Assembly (NCBI GenBank): GCA_009859145.1
Contig: VRVR01000016.1
Span: 311,356-375,355, forward strand
Length of the DNA stretch: 64,000 nt
Direction: 5' to 3'
Origin: Andalucia godoyi And28
Lineage: Eukaryota; Protista; Jakobida
A model generated the notes under the pieces. It did not search any database. It was not told the origin of the DNA and worked only from the letters and a program-made list of their open reading frames with translations. The position numbers were made by a program, and so were the translations under genes. This document shows, one piece after another, positions 38,745-49,709 of the stretch; position 1 is the stretch's first letter; each line of letters begins with the position of its first letter.

Positions 38745-40631
38745 CTACGAGAGTAGCGCGTCAACGACATCCGACACATGCAGTTTCTTCAGGTCCATAT
38801 ATGTCTGTCCGCAGCCAACGAATAAAATAGGCTGCCCGGTGGTATAGACCATGGACAACGCAGCGCCAACCTTGTCGTCTATTGTGTCAAACTTGGTGAG
38901 GAAAATGCCGTCTACACCCCGCGTCCCCTCGCGCAACAAAGCCTTGTGGAATGATCGCAGTTGATCCACACCATCATTTCCAACAAGTGCCTCGCCGACG
39001 AAAAGCACCAGATCCGGCTGATTGACTTCGATGAGCTTCGACAGAGCCCGCATCAGCGGTTCGTTATCCTGCATGCGCCCTGCGGTGTCGACCAACACAA
39101 CGTCGTATCCATCTGCAGCAGCCTTTTGGATCGCAGCCTTTGCAACCCCAGCAGCATCCGCTCCATACTGCCTCTCAAAGACAGGGACATCCAGATTTCG
39201 AGCATGCACTTTGAGCTGCTCAATAGCACCAGCACGAAACGTGTCGCAGGCGGCCAGCATGACTTTCAGATTGTTGAGCTGCAGCCACTTTGTAACCTTT
39301 GACAGCGAAGTGGACTTTCCAACACCATTGACCCCAACAAACGTGACGACATACGGCCGTCTTCCCTCGAGGGCAGCAACGTCGCGCAGAATATCAAGTT
39401 TGCGATTCGGCGTGAGAACTCTCGTCACTGCATCTTTCAGAGCCTTTTCAAACACCGACTGGATGGTTTCGAACGTCGCCACTTTCTTTCCGACGAGGGA
39501 TTCCGAAATCGACGAACAGATCTGCGATGCAACCTCTGCAGCAACATTCTTTCCAATCAGATGTTCTGTGAACTTATCCAGCAACGGATCCAAGTCTTCT
39601 TGCTCAACGATCTTGTTGCCCGTGATGCGCTGCATGATGTTCGTTTTCAGCAACATGGACGCAAACCCACTCTTCTTTCGCTTTGACGACTCGTCTGCTT
39701 CTTGAATTTGCGCCATCAGTTCTTCTTCATCCAGCATACCAGGCATCAGTTCTCGAACGCTACCATCGCTTCTGTTTCCCACACTGGACCCCGTCGTCCT
39801 TGCCGCCGCCGCTCCTGCACTTGCATTTGAAGGCGACTGCGCCGCCTTATCATCCGAAAAGTCCAGCGTCTCAAAGTCTCCCTTTCCAACTTGTCCCACC
39901 CATGTGCGTCCTTCCTTCCCCTTCCTTCCCGCTTTGTCCTTGGAAGGCACAGCTGCTTCCGACCCCTTCTTTCCGCTCAGGCCCTTCGAGTACGGCCTTG
40001 GAACTCGCTGTGGAGACTTTCTTGAATCCGCCACGCTTGCAACATCCACATTTTCTAGCTTCGTTTCCAATTCATCAGCCCCTTCCACCCCTTCCACATT
40101 CCCGTTCGTTGCAGACTGTTCCGATGCACCAGCACCAGCACCAGCACCAGCACCAGCACCAGCAGCGACATTGGTTTGTTTGCGCCGACTATCATTCTCT
40201 AGGCCATCCGCACCTTGGCTTGCGTTCGGCATCTCAGAGCCAGAGTGCTCCGAGCCCGCCGCGTCTGTCGATCTGCTCTTCAGCAATCCCGCATACGTCT
40301 TATCGTATTTTGCAAGCAGCGTGTCAAACACAGGTTTGAACGGTCCTTTGCTCTCGAATCCAACGAACGCCTTTTTCAGTGTTTCCAAGAATTCATGGAC
40401 GAAATGAAGCGTCAGGACTTTCTGGTACACCGCAACAAAGACAAGTCCACGCTCATTGTGGAGCGTCCATCGCAAAGCATAGGAGTCCACTGTAAATGAG
40501 TCGCTCGCCGCACGTTCTTCCAGCAGAACTTTTGCAATCAGCTGGTTTACAGGCGCACCCTTCAGTCCAAAAAGAACATGCTCGAACAGCACAAGCCCAT
40601 GCTTGTCGAAAATCACTACATAGTCCAGCAT
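38745..40631 (-). CDS. SRPRA: Signal recognition particle receptor alpha subunit
   Basis: MLDYVVIFDKHGLVLF longin domain; FVGVNGVGKSTSLSK, ACDTFRAGAIEQL, DTAGRMQDNEPLM, TKFDTIDDKVGAA. Confidence 0.96.
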   Translation of the reverse strand: MLDYVVIFDKHGLVLFEHVLFGLKGAPVNQLIAKVLLEERAASDSFTVDSYALRWTLHNERGLVFVAVYQKVLTLHFVHEFLETLKKAFVGFESKGPFKPVFDTLLAKYDKTYAGLLKSRSTDAAGSEHSGSEMPNASQGADGLENDSRRKQTNVAAGAGAGAGAGAGASEQSATNGNVEGVEGADELETKLENVDVASVADSRKSPQRVPRPYSKGLSGKKGSEAAVPSKDKAGRKGKEGRTWVGQVGKGDFETLDFSDDKAAQSPSNASAGAAAARTTGSSVGNRSDGSVRELMPGMLDEEELMAQIQEADESSKRKKSGFASMLLKTNIMQRITGNKIVEQEDLDPLLDKFTEHLIGKNVAAEVASQICSSISESLVGKKVATFETIQSVFEKALKDAVTRVLTPNRKLDILRDVAALEGRRPYVVTFVGVNGVGKSTSLSKVTKWLQLNNLKVMLAACDTFRAGAIEQLKVHARNLDVPVFERQYGADAAGVAKAAIQKAAADGYDVVLVDTAGRMQDNEPLMRALSKLIEVNQPDLVLFVGEALVGNDGVDQLRSFHKALLREGTRGVDGIFLTKFDTIDDKVGAALSMVYTTGQPILFVGCGQTYMDLKKLHVSDVVDALLS

Positions 40632-41248
40632 TTCATAAGGAAATCCAGCTCGCTTTTCTCCACCAAAAAGTCCTCCAAATTGTAATTCTACAAACCACAG
40701 CAAAAAAAAAAATGCAAAACAGCAAAGCAATAACCAACATAATATAACAATAATAGAAAAAAAAAAGAGACTTGAATTGATGCTACACGACACGAAGCAT
40801 CCATTGCCGGACTTTTTTGGAGGGGGCAAAAGGGAAAAACAGCCACGTGTCGAGGAGAAACACGAACAGCATTTCCCTTCATGCAGCTAACCCTAACTTT
40901 GGGAGGGGGAAAGGTCTATCTCTCTCTCTCTCTTTCTCTTTGTGAGCTTTCTTGAAAAAAGGCCAAAAAGGACCCGGTAAAAAGTAATTACCCTACTGTC
41001 CCTCTCTCTCTGTCCTTCAACCCTTTTTCTACTAATTTAAAGCACCTTTTTAGCATACTTTAAATTTTTTTTATTTATTTAAATATTATTATTAAAGATT
41101 TTTTATTTAAGAACTTTTATTTGTTCTTTCTTCTTCTTGTATTTCTTCTTCTTTATAAAAAAAGAAATATTATTTTTGTGGTTGAAGAAAAGGGAAAGAG
41201 TTTTTCACAAGAAGCAAAGGGCCGCGAGAAGACAGAGGACAGTAGAGA

Positions 41249-42712
41249 ATGACCAAGTCCGGGTTCCGTGTGATTGATATCGTGCGGCCGTTCATGCGGG
41301 TCCTTCCTGAGATCGAGAAGCCGCAGAAGGCCGTGGCGTTTACGGAGAAGCTCATTTGGACGTCTGTTTGCTTGTTTATTTTCCTTGTTTGCTGCCAGAT
41401 CCCGCTGTACGGAATCCGCCCGGCGAAAGGAGCCGATCCATTCTACTGGCTTCGTGTGATTCTTGCGTCGAACCGCGGAACGCTGATGGAGCTCGGCATC
41501 TCGCCGATTGTGACGTCTGGTATGTTCATGCAGGTGCTGGCGGGTGCTGGGCTCATTGCCGTGGACCACTCGAATCCGCAGGACCAGATCCTGTTTGATG
41601 GAACTTCCAAGTTGCTTGGACTGATCATCACCATTGTGGAGGCAACGGCGTACGTGTTTTCTGGAATGTACGGAGATGTTGCCGAAATGGGATACTTCAC
41701 TGCATTCCTGATCATTGGACAGCTTGTTCTTGCAGGAATCATGTGCATCTTGATGGACGAAATGCTGCAGAAGGGATATGGTCTCGGATCCGGTATCTCG
41801 CTGTTCATCGCAACCAACATCTGCGAGTCCATTGTGTGGGCGGCTTTCTCTCCGACCACCTATGCATCACCAAAGGGTGTGGAGTTTGAGGGCGCAGTAA
41901 TCGCGTTCTTCCACCTGCTGATCACCAGGGACGACAAGTTCAGGGCGCTGAAGGAGGCCTTTAACAGACCTGGTCTGCCCAACATGACCAACTTGTTGGC
42001 CACGTTCCTGGTGTTTGCAATCGTCATTTACTTCCAAGGATTCAAGGTCAACATCCCCGTGCAGTCTCGTCGCTATGCAGGCCAGGTTACCAGCTATCCC
42101 ATCAAGCTGTTCTACACGTCCAACATCCCGATCATTCTGCAGACGGCACTGTTGTCGAACTTGTTCTTCTTCTCTCAGATCTTGTCCAAGCGCTTCGGCG
42201 AGAACCTGCTCGTTTCGCTGTTGGGAGTCTGGAGAGAATCTCAGCAGAACGGCCAGTCGGTTCCCGTGTCGGGTCTTGTCTACTACATTTGGGCGCCGCG
42301 ATCGTTCACGCAGGTTCGTGCAGACCCGATCCAGGCACTTATCTACACGTTGTTCATGCTTGTTTCGTGCGCGTTCTTCTCCCGAATCTGGATCGAGTTC
42401 TCTGGATCGTCCGTCAAGGATGTTGCACGCCAGCTTGCTGAGCAGGACCTTTTCATCCGATCAACCAAGCAGACCAAGGCTTCCTCGGAGGGCCAGGGTA
42501 ACATCAAGATGCTCGAGCAGTACATCCCGACCGCTGCAAAGTTTGGCGGAATGTGCATTGGTGCGCTGACCGTTGGTGCCGACTTGCTCGGTGCCGTTGG
42601 CTCCGGAACCGGTATCTTGCTTGCCGTCACGATCATCTTCCAGTACTATGAAATCTTCCTTAAGGAGGGACAGGATCTTCGGAACCCGTTCGTATCGCAG
42701 CAAGCGCAGTAA
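41249..42712 (+). CDS. SEC61A: Protein transport protein Sec61 alpha
   Basis: [81 protein letters not shown]. Confidence 0.97.
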   Translation: MTKSGFRVIDIVRPFMRVLPEIEKPQKAVAFTEKLIWTSVCLFIFLVCCQIPLYGIRPAKGADPFYWLRVILASNRGTLMELGISPIVTSGMFMQVLAGAGLIAVDHSNPQDQILFDGTSKLLGLIITIVEATAYVFSGMYGDVAEMGYFTAFLIIGQLVLAGIMCILMDEMLQKGYGLGSGISLFIATNICESIVWAAFSPTTYASPKGVEFEGAVIAFFHLLITRDDKFRALKEAFNRPGLPNMTNLLATFLVFAIVIYFQGFKVNIPVQSRRYAGQVTSYPIKLFYTSNIPIILQTALLSNLFFFSQILSKRFGENLLVSLLGVWRESQQNGQSVPVSGLVYYIWAPRSFTQVRADPIQALIYTLFMLVSCAFFSRIWIEFSGSSVKDVARQLAEQDLFIRSTKQTKASSEGQGNIKMLEQYIPTAAKFGGMCIGALTVGADLLGAVGSGTGILLAVTIIFQYYEIFLKEGQDLRNPFVSQQAQ

Positions 42713-42917
42713 TTTTCTGTTTTTGCGAGCTAGAATAATGAAGGAAGAACGGAAGAACCGTTGGAAAGCCAAAAGGATGAGAAGCCTCTGGGCAACTCAT
42801 TTTTTGTGCTGTATGTTCTTGCTTGTCTACAAAAAGAATTAAGAAATAAAAAAAAAAAAAAAGAATTATTCAGAACAGTCTTTGCACCACATGATGACAG
42901 GGTTGGCAAGAAGGAGG

Positions 42918-44135
42918 CTATGGATTCACGAATCGAAACACCGCGGACACCGGCCCACGCTTCTGATACGACGCGAGCGTCATCGTGGTCACAGCATCGG
43001 ACGACACAATCTCGTCAAACTTGGAGCGGGCAACGTAAAACACTTCTCGAACGGGGTCCTGTGCTACGGTCCAGGTTCCTAGAATATCTTCCTCCACCAA
43101 GGATCGAACAAGCCCCGTCAGCTTTTCAAACAGTCCTGGAATGCTGAAGTTGCCTCCAAAACAGTGCATTCTATGAATTGCAAGCAGACCCATGATCTCT
43201 GGCAGGGCTTTGTAGGAATCCACAACTGCCTCATGCATGCCGCACTGCGAAATACCAAGCAGCGCCTGCGGTTCAAACAGGGCTTCTGGCGTCATGAACC
43301 GCTCAACACTCAACGGAATGATCGGGTCCTGACTTTCCATCTGCGCAGCTCGCAGCTTTCGCCGTTCCCAAATGCACTCTGCGCCTTGCACAACGCGGAT
43401 TTCCGTTTGCGAAACGTAGACATCTCTTCGAACGCCATTGGGTGTTTGCTTGCACTCTGCCATGCAGTCCTCAACATTCGCCGCACAAAACACGGTTTCG
43501 TGTTTGATCCGCTCGACAAGCACGTTTTCGTCGCTTACATTCACCTGCCGAAACGATATTTGCTCCTTTAAAAAGTTTGAAATGTGCTTTCCACCGACGC
43601 CGAGTCTTCGCACGCCCGAGTACTTGATGCGCTGGTCCACAACAGGCACGACGTATGTGAACGAGTACCCGGAATCGACCAGCAAGCAGGCCCGAGCTTC
43701 GTCCTTCAGTCCAAAGGCAACGACTTGAGCAGCCGGCACAAACGAGACGACTGAAAACTTAAAGTCGTCAAAGAGGATCTTGAAGAGATACTTTTGAATT
43801 GTGGGTGGAGTGAACAGCGGCAGTGTGATCAGCAAATGCGATCGCGACGGATCGACGTTCAGCTGCGAAAACGCTCGGAGTAAGATCTGGGCCAAAATGT
43901 CAGGCTGTGTCAAGTATCCTTGCTCGTGCGCACGGCGAATCGAGATCTCCAGAATGCTATCCGCCGGATACTCACCGAGGAAGATCCGGGAGCTTCCCCG
44001 TCTCTTGCACAGGACAGCAGGAACGACCAATGGCTGAAGATGCCCCATCGCAACAGTCCCGATCTTCACGCTGTGTGCGCCAACATCCACAATCACCTTT
44101 CCGAGCGCATCCAACGACCCCGCGTCCAGCAGCAT
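42918..44135 (-). CDS. ACTR6: Actin-related protein 6 (SWR1 complex), divergent
   Basis: VIVDVGAHSVKIG, LLITLPLF, LLVDSGYSFTYVVP, GVGGKHISNFLKEQISFRQ, LSVERFMTPEALFEP, GGNFSIPG. Confidence 0.8.
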   Translation of the reverse strand: MLLDAGSLDALGKVIVDVGAHSVKIGTVAMGHLQPLVVPAVLCKRRGSSRIFLGEYPADSILEISIRRAHEQGYLTQPDILAQILLRAFSQLNVDPSRSHLLITLPLFTPPTIQKYLFKILFDDFKFSVVSFVPAAQVVAFGLKDEARACLLVDSGYSFTYVVPVVDQRIKYSGVRRLGVGGKHISNFLKEQISFRQVNVSDENVLVERIKHETVFCAANVEDCMAECKQTPNGVRRDVYVSQTEIRVVQGAECIWERRKLRAAQMESQDPIIPLSVERFMTPEALFEPQALLGISQCGMHEAVVDSYKALPEIMGLLAIHRMHCFGGNFSIPGLFEKLTGLVRSLVEEDILGTWTVAQDPVREVFYVARSKFDEIVSSDAVTTMTLASYQKRGPVSAVFRFVNP

Positions 44136-44644
44136 CCCTCCTCCAAACCACAAAACCCCTCCACCCCCAAAGTACCACCAAGCAAACACTGAAAAAAAGA
44201 AAAAGAAAAATATAAAAGCAGCTCATCGAGAGCAAGCCTATCCTTTCTTTCCCCTTTCTCGAACATTGTCGACTTCCTCTTATCGTGCATTCTTTATCAT
44301 GCACGCTGTCATCCAGGCAATCCACTGCACTGACTTTCTGTTTTGGTTTTTTTGATTTTTTGCGGGAAAAGTCTGACTCCGGGGTCAGGATCGTGTCAGA
44401 ATCGCATCATGCCGAATGACCACGTCAAACAAGAAAAAAATATAGAAAAAAGAAAAAACCCGAATTCAGCTCTCCTCGTGTCTCCTTTTTGCCCGTTGCT
44501 TTCCTTCAACTATTATTTTTTCTTTTTTCTTTTTTCTTCTTCTCTATTAACATTATTTTATATTTCCTTCTCAGAGTTGAATCTGGATTGAAGAAGAGCG
44601 AGGGAGCCTTTTTTTAAAAATCTTTTTTCTTTGTTTGTGAAGAG

Positions 44645-45232
44645 ATGTTCTACTATCCGCCCCAGGCACCGAACCAATATGCGCAGTACCCTGGCGGACT
44701 TGCGCCGCAGGAGATGCAGCAGCTGCAAGCGTGGTTTGCGGCTGTGGACTGTGATCGGACGGGATTTGTAGATGCTCCCGAGCTCCAGAAGGCTCTTTCG
44801 GCTGCGGGAAACTCGTTTGATCTTGGAGTTGCAAAGGTTCTCGTGAAGATGTTTGACAAGAAGAATCTTGGAAAGATCGATTTTACAGACTTCATCGACC
44901 TCCACAAGTTCATCATGACTGCGAAAGAGACGTTCCATACACATGACATCGACCACGATGGACGCGTCACCATCCCAGAGTGCCACAAGGCTCTCCAGCG
45001 CTTCCAGTTCAACTTGACCGACCAGACGCTCAAGGCAAACATGATGATGGTCGACAAGAACCTCCGTGGATCCCTCGATTTCACCGAATTTATGCAAATG
45101 CTTGTCTCGCTCGGACATGCAAGACACATCTTTGAGCTCTACTGCCCCCCGAACCAGAGAAATAACCCAAATGCCACCATCAACGTCAATTTGGATCTCC
45201 TCTGCATGATGTCTACCCTCTTCCGTGCGTAA
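44645..45232 (+). CDS. Penta-EF-hand protein (ALG-2/peflin/sorcin family)
   Basis: P/Q/Y/G-rich N-terminus; WFAAVDCDRTGFVDAPELQKAL, MFDKKNLGKIDF, DIDHDGRVT and VDKNLRGSLDFTEF EF-hands. Confidence 0.85.
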   Translation: MFYYPPQAPNQYAQYPGGLAPQEMQQLQAWFAAVDCDRTGFVDAPELQKALSAAGNSFDLGVAKVLVKMFDKKNLGKIDFTDFIDLHKFIMTAKETFHTHDIDHDGRVTIPECHKALQRFQFNLTDQTLKANMMMVDKNLRGSLDFTEFMQMLVSLGHARHIFELYCPPNQRNNPNATINVNLDLLCMMSTLFRA

Positions 45233-45551
45233 TCACCATGTCCGCCATCATCGCCATCTCGGTCGTGTATTCCCAGACTGAAGAACAGGATAGCCCAAGA
45301 TAGGAAAGCAGAGGGAAAGGAAGAAGAGTAATTAAAAACAACCAAAAAACCAAAAACAAATACAATAGTCAGTAAATTGAAATTGAAAGAACAGCATGCA
45401 TTGACACTGTGAAGGAAGAAGAAGTCCTTCAGTAGCACATCAGTCCGGGATTTCGCTTGTTGTTTCCGTTGTTTCTTCCTTTTCAACCCCCATCTTGGGT
45501 CTCATTCTTATCATCATACGTTTCTGTTGGTTGTTTTTGAAAAGACCACGG

Positions 45552-46109
45552 ATGTACTTGATCATTCGAGAGATTCTTCCGTTTGAGACGGCGACGGGCG
45601 ACGTCACACACATATCGCATCGGACGCACCTTGTCGTGAATTCGTATTCCGCTTACGAGTTTCCGTCGCGTACCGAGACTCTGCTTCTTGCCGACGGAGC
45701 CTTGGGGGGCGCCGGTGTGAATCCGCAGATGACACTGGACAAGGCGGCGGACATGCTTGGGTATGCATCGTACTTTCCATTTGTGCAGGTCGTGTGGTCC
45801 GATACGCATCTGGAGCTTGTGCACATGCAGTATGCGCTGCGGGACGGCGCCATCAAGGGCACGCCGATCAGCACAAGGCTGTCGTATGCTGTTGACCATC
45901 GCATCGAGCTGCTTTCCCTTGGGAAGCGCTTCATTGCAAAGTTTCTCGAGCCGACCACACGCCTCGGCACTCCCGTCGACGCAGACCATCTCCCACAAAC
46001 TGCCTCTGCCTCTGCCTCTGCCTCTGCCTCTGCCTCTGGCGCTCCACGACCCATCGGCGCAACCTTTGAGTTTATTCTCTCTGCTTCAAAACCTTCCGTC
46101 GCCGTCTAA
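45552..46109 (+). CDS. Hypothetical protein (185 aa)
   Basis: ATG ORF with globular composition filling the space between two genes; no motif recognised. Confidence 0.5.
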   Translation: MYLIIREILPFETATGDVTHISHRTHLVVNSYSAYEFPSRTETLLLADGALGGAGVNPQMTLDKAADMLGYASYFPFVQVVWSDTHLELVHMQYALRDGAIKGTPISTRLSYAVDHRIELLSLGKRFIAKFLEPTTRLGTPVDADHLPQTASASASASASASGAPRPIGATFEFILSASKPSVAV

Positions 46110-46308
46110 CTACTGTAAAAGCGGCAAAGTAAAAATAAGAATGGGGAAAAGAAACGACAAACACGCAAACCCACACTTGCATCAATTGATCCATGCTGCA
46201 TTTCTCCCCGCTTTGTTCCTCCGCATATATAGCAACAAAAATTCTCTCTGTGTTGATTTTTAATTACAACAACAGTTAAAACTATATTGTTGGCGTGCGA
46301 GAAGATCC

Positions 46309-47304
46309 ATGGTTCCGAGGCCGGACGCGCTGCACGTTGTCCTGTTGCTGTTTTTGCTGCAATGTGTGTGCGGTTTGTCTCAATCGTCGTCGTTGTACAA
46401 CACGTCACTTGCGGAGAAGGCCGTGATCCTGGCGTCGACTGCGTATTGCGACGATGTGGTGATCCGAGATTTCACGTGTGCGCTGTGCTCGTCGCCGCTT
46501 GTAGCTGAGTTCAGTGTGGTTGACGTGGTCGCGAACGAGTCTCTCGACATCTCGGGATATGTGGGCTACTATACTCCGCATGATCATCGAAGGTGGCTAC
46601 CGTCGTTGGCAGCATCAAGAGGGAGAGGGAGAGGGAAGGGAGGAGAGGGAGGAGAGGGATGGGAGGAGCCCAGGTATGGTGTGCTTGAGATTGTGCTGTC
46701 ATTTCGGGGAACATCCTCGGAGCTTGACTGGCTGGAGGATCTGCATGTGTACCAAGTCCCGTTCCGACCAGAAGAGCTTCCGAACATGTGGGTGCACCAG
46801 GGCTTCTATGATGCGTATTTGTCGGTTTCGAATCAGGTGGCGGACTTGGTGCAGTTTGCGGCGGACAAGTTCCCGGATAACCCAGTCGCACTTACCTGCA
46901 CAGGACATTCGCTCGGTGCTGCTCTTGCGCTCTTTGCGTGCTTGGACATCATGCAGAAGCCGGAGATCAAGACGAGGATCGTGGGGCTTCCGGTGTTGTA
47001 CAATTTTGGACAGCCAAGACTCGGAAACAGCGTCTTTGCGTCGTACATCGAGACGCAATTCTCACAGTACTTTCGGCTTGTGCACAACAGAGATCTTGTG
47101 CCACACGTCCCCGTAACCTTTGTCGGTGAAAATGGGTACCTGCACGGCGGCATCGAAGTCTGGTACAATGAACCGTCGACTTCATTTGTCGTTTGCAAGC
47201 CCGGAGACGATCCTTCGTGCTCGGACCAGCAGCTTGACTTGTCCATTCACGACCACTTGTTCTACCTCGCAATCAACATGGCAGCAGGTGTCTGTCATTC
47301 CTAG
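46309..47304 (+). CDS. Secreted class 3 lipase
   Basis: Signal peptide, LSFRGT lid, VHQGFYDAY, TGHSLGAA nucleophile elbow, YNFGQPRLGN, RLVHNRDLVPHVP, DHLFYL. Confidence 0.9.
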   Translation: MVPRPDALHVVLLLFLLQCVCGLSQSSSLYNTSLAEKAVILASTAYCDDVVIRDFTCALCSSPLVAEFSVVDVVANESLDISGYVGYYTPHDHRRWLPSLAASRGRGRGKGGEGGEGWEEPRYGVLEIVLSFRGTSSELDWLEDLHVYQVPFRPEELPNMWVHQGFYDAYLSVSNQVADLVQFAADKFPDNPVALTCTGHSLGAALALFACLDIMQKPEIKTRIVGLPVLYNFGQPRLGNSVFASYIETQFSQYFRLVHNRDLVPHVPVTFVGENGYLHGGIEVWYNEPSTSFVVCKPGDDPSCSDQQLDLSIHDHLFYLAINMAAGVCHS

Positions 47305-47870
47305 CGCCCTGCAAGTCGTTATTCATACCGGTGTATTTGTGTCACTTTTTGGTCTCGGTGTGTGTGTGTGTGTGTGTGTGTGCTGCCCACCTTTCTCGAC
47401 TGCCCAACTTTTATCAACTATTTTGTTTCCGCACCCATTGTGCTGCCTCTGCACCGCGTAAAAATCAAAACAAAAACCGTTTATCCGGCAAGCAATTGAA
47501 AAGCCATTACTGCCCCTCCATCCCACCCAAACCGCGCCAGATTTTTCTGTCGCTCCCCCCAGCAGCTGTCTTGTTCGGAATGCGTTTTTGTCAACACACA
47601 CACACACACGCACACACACACACACACTCTCACTCACTTTCGATTCGGCCACAACATCTGTCCAATGAGCATTTCTTTGCCGGGGGAGATTGGTGAGTCT
47701 GCGCAAATACAACAAAAAAATTTCGACTCTTTGCTTTTGGAGTTTGCACTGGTCGCGTCCCAAACCTATTTTTATTGCAATCTTGAATCGTGCTTGATTT
47801 TTCCTGTTTCCATTTTGCACATTTCTCCCCTTTTTACATTTCCCATTTTTGTTTGGGTGGTGGGAAGCAT

Positions 47871-48545
47871 ATGGAGCTGCAAGACGGGACGACAGATATT
47901 GAATTTCGGCCATTGGAAGTAGGAGATCTAGGAGCGTTCTATCGACTAAACTCGGTGACGTTTCCCGTGCAGTACAGCTCTGGGTTCTATCGCAGTATTC
48001 AGGAAAACTGGCTCCACCTCACTCTTGGTGCATTTGCAGGGTACGTTCTCGTCGGTGCGATATCATGCAGGCTAGTAAGGCATTGTCGTGATTTGCAAGT
48101 TGAAAGCCAGCAAATTCAGCGGCCATCGCAGCCGCCGTCAATCGCGCGCGAACCACCAGTCAACAGCAGCAGCAGCAGCAGTAGTGGTGATGGTGGTGAT
48201 GGTGCGGAGGGTGCTTGTGAAGATGACGAAAAGAGATTTGACATGTACGTAATGACTCTAGGAGTTCTTGCTCCGTATCGCGAGCGCGGAGTTGGAAGTG
48301 CGCTGCTGGAGGATGCCGTGGACCTTGCTCGGTCGGTTGGCTGCCCCCGGATTCTTCTTCATGTACATGTTCTCAATGAGCAAGCAGTGGCGTTCTACAC
48401 GAGTCGGGGCTTCCATCTCGGCCCATGTATCCAGGACTACTATCGACGCATCTCGCCGCCGCATGCGCACGTTCTCTACCAAGATCTGCCGCCGGACTCG
48501 ACTGGTTTCGATAGCGACGGCAGCAGCAACAGTAGCGCAGCGTAA
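47871..48545 (+). CDS. NAA50: GNAT N-acetyltransferase, NAA50-like
   Basis: RLNSVTFPVQY, YVMTLGVLAPYRERGVGSALL, LHVHVLNEQAVAFY, YYRRISPPHAHVL. Confidence 0.75.
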   Translation: MELQDGTTDIEFRPLEVGDLGAFYRLNSVTFPVQYSSGFYRSIQENWLHLTLGAFAGYVLVGAISCRLVRHCRDLQVESQQIQRPSQPPSIAREPPVNSSSSSSSGDGGDGAEGACEDDEKRFDMYVMTLGVLAPYRERGVGSALLEDAVDLARSVGCPRILLHVHVLNEQAVAFYTSRGFHLGPCIQDYYRRISPPHAHVLYQDLPPDSTGFDSDGSSNSSAA

Positions 48546-48669
48546 CCCGAACGCTGCATCGTAGCGCACGTGGTACGATGCGATGACGGCGCCGTTGATG
48601 AATTTCTTTTTATTTATTTATTTATTATTTCTTTATTATTATTATTATTATTATTATTGAATATGATAA

Positions 48670-49290
48670 TTACAAGATGCGGAAGAGCGGATCGGCGTCT
48701 CTTCGAACTGTCGAGTCGGTGGTGTATCCGAAATATTCCATGTTTCGGGTGACGACATTGAGTTTCAGCCGGACGGAGCCTTCCGAGGCAACTCGCGTGA
48801 CTTCTCTTCCTTCGTTTCGAGCCAGGATCTTTGGATCGAGGTACGTTGGTGCACCTCGAGTGACGAACGCAATAAACCGCTGGATCGGCGACGAGCTCAG
48901 CGGTCGGAACAGCTGGACCGACGGAGACGAGATGCCCGCTGCAACGGGCATGTAGCAGCGGCCGTACCCACGGACCCGCTCAGACCCAAGCCGATCAGAC
49001 TCCCACACCGTAACGATAAGCTGTGGCCATCCGTGGGGGTTCGTCGATCGAAACGTCACTTCGATGGGGAAGTTGAAAATAAATGCCGGGTCCGGTCCAC
49101 CGCTCGAGCTCGTCATTTGCGTCGTTCCTTCCTGCAACACAACCTGCTCGCCAGACGATCGCACGATTTCCCAGTCTGGACCACACACAAACTCGTATCG
49201 AATAAACAAGTTCGACGCTCCACATATTCTTGCCGATTCAATCTGACCCGTGATTGTCACAAAAAAGGATGTCGGTGCATCAGAAGCCAT
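48670..49290 (-). CDS. B9D1: B9 domain-containing protein 1 (ciliary transition zone)
   Basis: GQIESA, GPDW, FNFPIEVTFRSTNPHGWPQL, VRGYG. Confidence 0.88.
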   Translation of the reverse strand: MASDAPTSFFVTITGQIESARICGASNLFIRYEFVCGPDWEIVRSSGEQVVLQEGTTQMTSSSGGPDPAFIFNFPIEVTFRSTNPHGWPQLIVTVWESDRLGSERVRGYGRCYMPVAAGISSPSVQLFRPLSSSPIQRFIAFVTRGAPTYLDPKILARNEGREVTRVASEGSVRLKLNVVTRNMEYFGYTTDSTVRRDADPLFRIL

Positions 49291-49709
49291 CTTTTCTTCT
49301 TATTCTTGTTCTTCTTTTTTTTTTCCTTCGTGTTTTTCTTATCTTGTTTTCACCCCCCCCAGCCTCTCTTTTCCCCTCCTTCAATTAAATTCTTCTCTGT
49401 GAAGCCACCACCCACTACAATTCTGATGAAAAAGAGAGAGTGAGCAAGCATCTGTGTTTCGGATTCGCAGAGGAGGGAAAAAAAACCCAACCAAAGGACA
49501 CCCAGTTGCGTGGAGGCGGGGAAAACACCGAAAAGGACTTGAAATGGGTGCTGTAGAGTCAATTGAAGCAACAGCTGATGTTGCACACCCGAGATGGCAA
49601 CTGCCGAGCATCTCTCATACGTTTGCAACGTGCCGAATGCCCGGTGCCAAAGGGAGTGTTTGGGTGAGAGAGGGGCTTTTTTAAATTTTTTTTTTTTGGA
49701 GTTTTTGTG

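Noticed and set aside
40885-40896. Telomere-like CTAACCCTAAC (also TTAGGGTTA near 8826 and AACCCTAACC near 58222)
   Set aside because: Fewer than two full units each, as expected by chance; not an interstitial telomere array.
5064-49290. CEP131, NME5 and B9D1 as a ciliary gene cluster
   Set aside because: They are separated by many unrelated genes, and this density is expected in a compact flagellate genome.
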